64,000 nucleotides of DNA from positions 13,230 through 77,229 of IMG/VR virus record IMGVR_UViG_3300020060_000010; one strand, given 5' to 3'. The DNA comes from a virus. A program made the position numbers and the translations under genes. This document shows positions 45,519-52,606 of the stretch, piece after piece (the first letter of the stretch is position 1; each line of letters begins with the position of its first letter). The notes beneath the pieces were generated by a model. That model had not been told where the DNA came from. It saw nothing but the letters and a program-made list of their open reading frames with translations, and did not search any database.

Positions 45519-45725
45519 ATGAACACCCTTGATTATCTCCGCTGGATGGGCGAGGATTCGGTCTATGTTCGGTCCGCTGACCTGCTCACTGACGTTGTGG
45601 TCACTGACCACTACCGGAACGTGATTGCCAGTTTCAAGGATTGCACCGATGCCGAAGCTGACAAAATCATGGCAAGCTTTCCGGTCAAGGTGGGCGAGAT
45701 TATCGGCAGGGTCGAACACTACTGA
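45519..45725 (+). CDS. Early hypothetical protein
   Basis: Start moved to MNTLDY; GAGAGGT RBS. Confidence 0.65.
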   Translation: MNTLDYLRWMGEDSVYVRSADLLTDVVVTDHYRNVIASFKDCTDAEADKIMASFPVKVGEIIGRVEHY

Positions 45726-45798
45726 CCGCTTTGGTAGCCCATCCGATGGGTGGGTTGCCATGGCAGGCCAGAACGGCACCAACAGAGGAGGCAGAGAC

Positions 45799-45993
45799 AT
45801 GAGTAACGATGACAACCCCTACACGTGTACGGGAGAGGCTCAAAAGATGGGCAAGGGAGAGCGGGTGAGGGACATCTTGTTCCATGGTCTGGTCCTTCCC
45901 CTGGTCGGGGCGGCATCGGTGATCGTAGGTCTCTACGCGGGAATGACACTCGATTCATTCCTAGGACTGTCTCGGCTGGTTTACGGGAAGTAG
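45799..45993 (+). CDS. Early membrane protein
   Basis: Start moved to MSNDDN; GAGGAGG RBS; one TM. Confidence 0.65.
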   Translation: MSNDDNPYTCTGEAQKMGKGERVRDILFHGLVLPLVGAASVIVGLYAGMTLDSFLGLSRLVYGK

Positions 45994-46087
45994 GAAAACT
46001 GCCAAGAAGTTGGCAGGAAACTAGCGGGTAAACCACTTGACACGGCAGGCAGGGACCGGTAATGTTTGCCTTGCGGGGATGAAAACT

Positions 46088-46221
46088 TAACAGAGAGTCG
46101 GCCAAGAGAATACGGCGACAGACCCGAAAGGGCTCACGTCGATAGGGTGTCAGCGACAGATACTAAATCCGGCAGACCCGGTACCCGTCAAACCATGGTA
46201 GTAACCACCGACTCTCTGTTA
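46088..46221 (+). ncRNA. Candidate multibranch RNA D (5' leader or independent ncRNA)
   Basis: Perfect 14-bp closing stem TAACAGAGAGTCGG/CCGACTCTCTGTTA enclosing CCC-GAAA-GGG and other hairpins. Confidence 0.6.
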
Positions 46222-46259
46222 GATCTTCACTCTCGACCGAACCGACGAAAGGCAAGACA

Positions 46260-46343
46260 ATGGCTGCACCTGCTACTTGTTCGGGAAACGGAACGTGTGA
46301 CCCGCGCATCCCTCACATTTGTTACAAGGGAACCAAAGCCTGA
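46260..46343 (+). CDS. 27-aa Cys-containing peptide
   Basis: MAAPATCSGNGTCDPRIPHICYKGTKA; GAAAGGCAAGACAATG start as in other early genes. Confidence 0.55.
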   Translation: MAAPATCSGNGTCDPRIPHICYKGTKA

Positions 46344-46362
46344 CAGACCAGCAAGACAGGAT

Positions 46363-46387
46363 GGCCCCGCTACGGCGGGGTTTTCTT
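46363..46387 (+). terminator. Intrinsic terminator
   Basis: CCCCGC-TACG-GCGGGG-TTTTCTT. Confidence 0.8.
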
Positions 46388-46702
46388 GCGTCCTGGCGCG
46401 CGTCTCTGACCTTGGCATGTCTGACCTGGACTGATGTACGGGAAGAGTCCTGAGCGGGCCGTGGCGGGCTGGCTACCCTCCGGCAGGGAGGGTCGGGCGT
46501 GAGCTTGCGAGCGACCGGGGTGGGTTGGGAGAGTCATCCCAAAGGATGGTCACTCAGTAGTATGAAGTATGTGATAAGGGATTGATGGTAGACAGATAGG
46601 TAGAACAAATGATAGGTTGGAAGGGATGAGTAAGAATAAACGTGCAACCAAGAGTTGCGCTTAGGGTTCAAACCAACATATTGAAGGATATCGATTTGAA
46701 AG

Positions 46703-46984
46703 GTGGTGATAATGATGGTCGAAAGGGTCATCAAACTTAGACATTCTCTCGCATTCCACGCGCGTAAAGGCGCTGAATTGTTCCCTGACGACGTGCCTAC
46801 GGGGAAACGGATATGCAAAGGCAAATGTGGTCTAGCCCTGCCTACGGGGAAGTTCTATACGTGGAAAGACCAGAGAGATAACCGCACCTATACCCGTACA
46901 GAATGCAAAGACTGTCACCTAGATAAGACCAATGAAGCGAGACGTAATAGGAAAGGCAAAGGGGTGCCTACGGGGACAGAATAG
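46703..46984 (+). CDS. Small Zn-finger protein (endonuclease VII N-terminal-like)
   Basis: KRICKGKCG..LP..KFY....R....TECKDCH; GAAAGGTGGTG RBS. Confidence 0.6.
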   Translation: MVIMMVERVIKLRHSLAFHARKGAELFPDDVPTGKRICKGKCGLALPTGKFYTWKDQRDNRTYTRTECKDCHLDKTNEARRNRKGKGVPTGTE

Positions 46985-47097
46985 AACTCTCTCCGCATGC
47001 CTACGGGGATTGATATGGGTATGCCTACGGGGAATGGGAAAGGCTATTCAATGCACTCTATTGACCCGCCTATTCATGTCCACGCATGCCTACGGGG
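46794..47097 (+). repeat. Six exact TGCCTACGGGG direct repeats
   Basis: Start at 46794, 46839, 46965, 46998, 47022 and 47087. Confidence 0.9.
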
Positions 47098-47719
47098 CGG
47101 CATCCATATCAAGGGCTAGATGCCTCTATGCGGGACCAGTAGACAGCTACCCATACAGACACACCATGGCAGGGGTCAACGCTCTCTAGGGTGGCACACA
47201 GGGGCAGGGAGGAGTGGTGCTGCTGTGAGTGCAGGCGCTGTAGGGGCACGTGTAGGGCGTCCAGTGGCGTTAGGTAGCCTAGCTATGTGGTTTGATGTCG
47301 AGTTCGAGTTGTAGGCGGGGTGGAGGGGATGGGGCGCGTTAGATACACCCCCAGCGAAACAGAGGCTGGCCCTCCCTCTTTTCGTAAATGGGCGTATTCC
47401 GTGGACACCGGAATGTCAAAAGTGTACCGAAAGTGGTACGGTTTTGACACGAGAAAATCCCCAAGTCGGAATAAGAGGCTGGCTATTCCGAGTTATCATT
47501 TAACGAGCTTGTCATCTATTAAAGGATATGACAAGTTGAAGCAAGTTATTTGTCACTTCCGCTCGACATGGTAAATATCCGAGGATAATCTTCTATGTTT
47601 TAGTGATATCATAGTTCACAATAAGGGCCAGTTCATTATTTTTATAAACAGTCTTAAGTTGAACGTAGCCATGTTTCTCGAACTGACCTGTTTCTTCTCT
47701 GAGGAAACGGAGAAACAAG

Positions 47720-47750
47720 AAAACCCCGCCGGATCTACCGGAACGGGGCC
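47720..47750 (-). terminator. Intrinsic terminator
   Basis: Minus strand GGCCCCGTTCCGG-TAGAT-CCGGCGGGGTT followed by TTCTTGTTT. Confidence 0.7.
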
Positions 47751-47754
47751 AGCG

Positions 47755-48064
47755 AGCACCTGTGGCTTTAACCACAGATGAGCTTACTCTTGCGCCTCAC
47801 CTCGGAATCAGTAGTGGCTTATCCGAAGTCTCTTGACTTGGTAGATTTCTCAGAGGCTCTACCTGCCCGCTGGTCTCACGTTCCCAGCAAACGCCTGGAG
47901 CCATCACTACAAGGCCACAGGAACTTCTTCTGTTTTTTTGACTTAGCCACGGTCCACATGGGGGGCCGCAAGCAGCACGACTAAGTCTTATCTCCTGTGC
48001 CGGAGTCCTGCGAGGCTCCTCCCATTTGAGCATTCTTTCGAAGAGGCTTGGGAGGATGTCTATT
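47755..48064 (-). ncRNA. Candidate structured ncRNA E
   Basis: About 310 nt with at least eight hand-paired stems, between promoter TATACA-17-TAGAAT (extended -10) and a terminator. Confidence 0.55.
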
Positions 48065-48325
48065 ATTTCTATTCTATCATCCGAAATAGAACCTGTATAC
48101 CTTTAGATGATACTTCTTCAACCACTCTGCCTCGTCCGGGTGCATGACTACCTCATTAGAGATATCGCCTGGCGGGCGTGAGCGGAGCGAGCGGGTTCTC
48201 TTCATCCGGCTCGTCGTAGTACCATTCATCCGGCAGTGGGCCAGTAGAGTTGAGGTATTCGGCGTATTCTTCTTTGGTCAGGACGCGGAAACGAAGTTGA
48301 TCTTTGGGTTTACCCGGCGATTTAG

Positions 48326-48682
48326 TCACGCTTGGTTCTCCCGTACGTGTTTAACCCACTCGCGAGTTACCTCAATGATGGTTGGCTCGTGTGATCGCGC
48401 TCTGTCCGTCTGCACCCAGCCGATGTTGAATCGATCAAAGGCTTCATCGCAGTCACAGAAGTAGTCTGCACTGAATGGCTCGTTCCACCCATCACCATCC
48501 GCGCTTACCTCTAGTTTGTGATACTCGTTGAAGAGCATGTAAGCCATGGCCTCTTCATAGATTTCCGCGTCAGAGCACTTGTCGATTGGACGGCATCCAT
48601 TCTCGTCAATTTCTCCACTGGCCAGCAGTCGCTCGTACTCGTTGTGCGCATCTGGATCAAGACTATCCCAAAACTCAATCAT
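48326..48682 (-). CDS. Hypothetical acidic protein
   Basis: Overlaps neighbours. Confidence 0.65.
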   Translation of the reverse strand: MIEFWDSLDPDAHNEYERLLASGEIDENGCRPIDKCSDAEIYEEAMAYMLFNEYHKLEVSADGDGWNEPFSADYFCDCDEAFDRFNIGWVQTDRARSHEPTIIEVTREWVKHVRENQA

Positions 48683-48893
48683 TGATCGGCAGATCTCTTG
48701 TGTTCAAGACAGGCTTATCGAATGCCGCAATGAAGTACTCGACATCATTCTTTAGCTCGTCAATGGTCTCACCAGATGGCGTGACAGGATTTGACCAAAG
48801 CCAAATCTCTCCGTTATCGTTATAGTAGATTTCATGGATCTGGAGTAGCCCGTCCTTATCATTCTGAACTACTCTGTGGTTCCAGTGACTCAT
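48675..48893 (-). CDS. Conserved hypothetical protein
   Basis: Start moved to MSHWNHRV; IHE.YY....P..P.GET.DEL...A.DKPVL motif. Confidence 0.7.
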   Translation of the reverse strand: MSHWNHRVVQNDKDGLLQIHEIYYNDNGEIWLWSNPVTPSGETIDELKNDVEYFIAAFDKPVLNTRDLPIND

Positions 48894-49116
48894 TGTGCTC
48901 CTCCTTCTTTTCGCGTCTCCAGGTGATAAAATTCTTGCCATAGACGAATCCATAGGCTAGCGCCGAGATAATAAATCCGTACTGTACAGTAACACAGGCA
49001 TAGACAATCCACAAGACCTGAGCGGCCAATCCTACAAGCCAGCCCCACGCATTCTTCTTACCTGCGATCCAAAGGCCAGCGATGCCGACCGCAGCCAATA
49101 CCAAAGACCATACCAC
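48859..49116 (-). CDS. PnuC-like 3-TM membrane protein
   Basis: G.AGLWIAG.K..WGWLVGL..Q.LWI.Y...QYGFI...AY..VY..N...W. Confidence 0.7.
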   Translation of the reverse strand: MVWSLVLAAVGIAGLWIAGKKNAWGWLVGLAAQVLWIVYACVTVQYGFIISALAYGFVYGKNFITWRREKKEEHNESLEPQSSSE

Positions 49117-49222
49117 TTGTAAGCCCCAATCTCCTCTAGTTGTCGGACTACGATCTTGTACTCTCTAGCGAACTCTGAACTCTTCATATCTTTTTCGAAG
49201 TCGCGCCAGTACACACTGTCTC

Positions 49223-50674
49223 TCACGATACGCTGACTCCAGAAACGAATCCGCTTGTACCGTTCGCTGCCAGTGCGAAGAACTGGTCTCCGCCGTACGT
49301 ACCTGACGCTACCACAAGTTTGGTACCACTGGCAAGGTCTGTGGCGGTAAAAGTATTGCCAACTCGCTTGAACTCTACCTTGCGACGTCCACCAGATCCG
49401 ACAGGAGTAGTCTCGATTGACCCGAGCAGGAGTGGAGCACCATTGTCGTTGCGGTAGATAGACATCTGCCCATTGCGGCGCCAGAGGACTCCGTAGCCGT
49501 ACTGCTGGGACACAGTTGGACTGCTCTCGTCTCGCCAGACAGCATCCGGGCCAACGACTGCCTTGCCCTTGCCACAGCCTACAAACATGCCGAGCCAGCG
49601 AGTATCACTTGAACAGTTGCTGCCGTAGTCGAATGTTGCACGGATCTTGAAGTCGCCGTTGATGACCCCAGCCCATGTCTGGGTGAGTGAGCGGGTGCGA
49701 GAACCGACTGGGTTACGCTTGACGGAAATCTTTCCGCGAGCCGCGTCCTGGAAGCTCCAGAGACGACCTGTGTTACCGTCCGCCACGTCTGCAGCGGTGA
49801 CTCCTTCTTGCCAACCAGGGTAAGCGAAGCGCTTGGCATACGGATCGGCGGTCAATTTACGGCTCTGGCCGGAAACATACCACGGATCGTCAGAAATGAG
49901 ACCGACTGCGCCTCTGTCATGGTCAAAATCGCCTTGGATCGGATCTTCGACAGTCCAGGTTGCCATCTTAAGGCCTGCAGCCTTGAAAGCATCGAAAGAA
50001 GACTGTGCTGTACCACGCGAGATACCAATGTACTCGATACCGGCCGCCTTGATCTGTGCAGGCGTTTGAGCAACTGAACCCTGTACGAGGTACAAAGAGA
50101 CCAAACCGGCGTCCGCGATGAGTGCGGCACTGTTATAGTCAAAGGAACTCAGGATAATGGAGCCCTGTAGCCCACGTGCGTTAATGGTCTCAATGATTTC
50201 TGCAGCCTCAGAGGCGTTCTTGGCCTCGACCAGCAGTGTTCGGCCTCCGAATTCGTCCAAAACCTCATCCCACAGGAGAGGAGTGCCGTAGTCGCCACCA
50301 GGAATTGGATTCTTGACCTTGCCGCGCTTGAACTGGGCGCTGGTGAGGCTACTGACTGCACCAGTCACGCCAATCATGGTCCGGGTGACTGTTTCGTCGT
50401 GGATAACGGCGAACTTGCCGTCTGCTAGCTTACGCAGGTCAATTTCTGGTAGATACCCTGAGTTGGATGTTGCCTTGTAACCTTCTAGACAGTGTTCCGG
50501 GTAGATATTGGCTCCACCTCTGTGTCCTGCGATCCATGGTGTCTTGATAGTCATTGGCTTCCTAGGTGTTGCGTTAGATGATGTAAGTGGTTCCAGGGGT
50601 CCAGAGGACAGCCAAAGGCCGCCTAGCAAAAAACCACTGAACGTTCGCCTGCTTAAGAATGACTGCTGGTTCAA
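49223..50674 (-). CDS. Glycerophosphodiester phosphodiesterase with Tat signal and C-terminal beta-sandwich
   Basis: SRRTFSGFLLG signal; IAGHRGG..YPEH, EIDLR..DG.F.VIHD.T..RT, LVEAK, WTV.D, GLISDDP. Confidence 0.9.
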   Translation of the reverse strand: MNQQSFLSRRTFSGFLLGGLWLSSGPLEPLTSSNATPRKPMTIKTPWIAGHRGGANIYPEHCLEGYKATSNSGYLPEIDLRKLADGKFAVIHDETVTRTMIGVTGAVSSLTSAQFKRGKVKNPIPGGDYGTPLLWDEVLDEFGGRTLLVEAKNASEAAEIIETINARGLQGSIILSSFDYNSAALIADAGLVSLYLVQGSVAQTPAQIKAAGIEYIGISRGTAQSSFDAFKAAGLKMATWTVEDPIQGDFDHDRGAVGLISDDPWYVSGQSRKLTADPYAKRFAYPGWQEGVTAADVADGNTGRLWSFQDAARGKISVKRNPVGSRTRSLTQTWAGVINGDFKIRATFDYGSNCSSDTRWLGMFVGCGKGKAVVGPDAVWRDESSPTVSQQYGYGVLWRRNGQMSIYRNDNGAPLLLGSIETTPVGSGGRRKVEFKRVGNTFTATDLASGTKLVVASGTYGGDQFFALAANGTSGFVSGVSVS

Positions 50675-50855
50675 GTAACTCCTCCTCCATGTCTAGTAGT
50701 GGCTTGGCCACAGTGTTAGCCCAGTAATCTACGTCATGCCACAGAGACCAGGTGTAGCCGATGTTGTCTCTCACAACTGCGTTGTCGCGCATGCCAGTAA
50801 TCTTAGCTAGTAGAGCCAACCAGTCAGTCTCTTCGATTGCAAGATCAATGTTCAT
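50574..50855 (-). CDS. Hypothetical protein
   Basis: Overlaps GDPD start; reading-frame end uncertain. Confidence 0.5.
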   Translation of the reverse strand: MNIDLAIEETDWLALLAKITGMRDNAVVRDNIGYTWSLWHDVDYWANTVAKPLLDMEEELLEPAVILKQANVQWFFARRPLAVLWTPGTTYII

Positions 50856-50862
50856 GGGTCAA

Positions 50863-51021
50863 TTATACTCTGCGAGTTATGAAGAAGTAGATACTTGTCA
50901 GTACTGCTCCGATGAATAGGCTTACATCCATGTTAAGGCCAAACATACCATAAACCATTGCTCCAAGGATGGCTGTCAGTACAAAGAACACGCCAACTGG
51001 ATTATTTCTGTAGTAATACAT
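50863..51021 (-). CDS. 52-aa membrane protein (2 TM)
   Basis: Hand translation MYYYRNNPVGVFFVLTAILG...; AAGGAG RBS; operator-promoter upstream. Confidence 0.6.
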   Translation of the reverse strand: MYYYRNNPVGVFFVLTAILGAMVYGMFGLNMDVSLFIGAVLTSIYFFITRRV

Positions 51022-51388
51022 GGTTTTCTCCTTAACTGTAGGTGTTTTCTTCTTCTACAGGGACACTACATGCTGTTTTTCTACTTGTCAAGTGAATCTC
51101 ATATTTTGAGATGATGAACTTTGTAGTGATAACACTTACTAACTACTCAAGTGTAAAATACTTGAGATTTCGAGTCAACGAAAAGTTCTGATAAATAGTT
51201 TTATCACTCGGTAACGATTTGAAACTGTCATCTGGACCCGTACTTGGTACTCAGGAGATGAAAACAGGTTGGATCTGACAGTAGCACGCCTCAGAAACGA
51301 AAAATACCCCAGAGGAGAGACTGACTCTGAGGTATTTCCCGACTAGAAAGGAGGTAGTTACCATGATACAGGCTTCAACTACTCAGTG

Positions 51389-51583
51389 TCAAGAACCGTC
51401 ACGTAGATACATACCGATGGAGTCAGCAGTAGTCTTCAAGGTACCTAGGTTACCAGGGGTCGCCTTCGGATTGGCATGGACGCCGTTCAGGAACCAGACA
51501 GCCAAGGTCATGGCCAGAACTCGTTCGTCATCTAGGTAGTCACCTAGGATTTCGCTCTTCAGAGCGTCAGATGGATCGCGCAT
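51389..51583 (-). CDS. Hypothetical protein
   Basis: Divergent from terminase. Confidence 0.55.
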   Translation of the reverse strand: MRDPSDALKSEILGDYLDDERVLAMTLAVWFLNGVHANPKATPGNLGTLKTTADSIGMYLRDGS

Positions 51584-51656
51584 TATATGATATTCCTTAG
51601 TAATTTTGATGTTGATGCGATAAAATATATTATAGCGTAATCTTTAGGAGATAATA

Positions 51657-52451
51657 GTGCCAAATCAGAAGTTGAAGTTGACCAAGCGTCCTTTGATTGC
51701 ACCCAAGCAGCAGCAGGTTGTTGAGTACAACGGAAACACGAAGTATGACTGGCCAGCTATCAAGGCTGAGTACATCGGCGGTTACGAGAAGGAACCCGGT
51801 GTAATCTACTTCCCGAACACGAAGGAACTTGCGGAGCGCTACCCCGATGTTCCGTACGGTCAGATTCGTAACCGCTGCTCCAAGGAGAAATGGGAAGAGT
51901 ACAAGCAGAAGGCCATGCGAGCCGCTGCTGTTGCTCGCCACAAGGAACAACTCAAGCGCATGAACAACGCCGCCATTTTGTTCGATCAGAACGTGGCCGA
52001 CGATGCTGCCTTCGCCATCAACCTGCTCAAAAAGCAGATGATCCAGTTCGGCAAAATCATGGATCATGACGAAGCCCGCCTGGTTGACATTTTTGAGCGA
52101 ATCGACGCTGGCGAGGATGTAAGCTTCAACGAGTTCAAACCTCTCGTCTCGCCATCTGCGTGGGAATCGATGGGCAAGGCATATGCACTCTTTGTCGAGG
52201 TGGGCCGCAAGGCACTCGGTATCAAGGACGACGAGCCAGCCATCCACCAGCAGGTCAATATCGAGGTCACCCACAACACGACTGTTACACAGGAGCTTCA
52301 GAAGAACGACCCAGCCCGTCTGGCCGCACTTCAAAGAATCTTCCAGAACCAGAACCTTATCCTTCCGGCCGGTGATACAGTAGATGCTGAGATTGTCGAG
52401 CCAAAGGAGATTACAGATGGAACTGACGAAGAACTTGACGACGAAGACTGA
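51657..52451 (+). CDS. Terminase small subunit
   Basis: YDWPAIKAEY...ELAERY...IRNR..KEKW HTH; position upstream of large terminase. Confidence 0.75.
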   Translation: MPNQKLKLTKRPLIAPKQQQVVEYNGNTKYDWPAIKAEYIGGYEKEPGVIYFPNTKELAERYPDVPYGQIRNRCSKEKWEEYKQKAMRAAAVARHKEQLKRMNNAAILFDQNVADDAAFAINLLKKQMIQFGKIMDHDEARLVDIFERIDAGEDVSFNEFKPLVSPSAWESMGKAYALFVEVGRKALGIKDDEPAIHQQVNIEVTHNTTVTQELQKNDPARLAALQRIFQNQNLILPAGDTVDAEIVEPKEITDGTDEELDDED

Positions 52452-52606
52452 TCGCATGGTTGTTCCAGGCTGGCTTACGTTTGACTTGGCCGTAGAAGCC
52501 TGGAATAAACATACTGAAGGTATTCCTTATGTCAAGTACCTTCTTGAGAAGTACAAGAAGTTCACACTGATTGCCGACAAGAAACCAGAGCCGGAAGCCA
52601 AACCGA

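Larger units (their letters stand above)
40423..46065 (+). promoter_or_regulatory. Array of about 15 early-type promoters, most with an upstream 15-bp operator-like motif
   Basis: TTGAC(A/T/G/C)-17/18-TA(G/A)NNT-like with -35 at 40453, 40601, 41155, 41691, 42293, 42700, 43335, 43693, 44106, 44421, 44776, 44851, 45095, 45447, 46037. Confidence 0.85.

Noticed and set aside
46088-46221. Hammerhead ribozyme
   Set aside because: GAAA is present only as a tetraloop and the CTGANGA core is absent.
46794-47097. CRISPR array reading of the TGCCTACGGGG repeats
   Set aside because: The repeat is only 11 bp, gaps range from 13 to 115 bp, three copies are in a coding frame, and no cas gene is present.
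47755-48064. tmRNA (size fits; an internal frame ends ...KKTEEVPVAL*)
   Set aside because: No tRNA-like domain: no 5' GGGG acceptor with G3-U70, no T arm, no 3' CCA, and no Ala resume codon in that frame.
48179-48194. CGCTCGCTCCGCTC-type motif resembling the sequence at about 39649
   Set aside because: It lies within a plausible 57-aa minus-strand ORF (48156..48329, ...NPLAPLTPARRYL), so it is likely coding coincidence.
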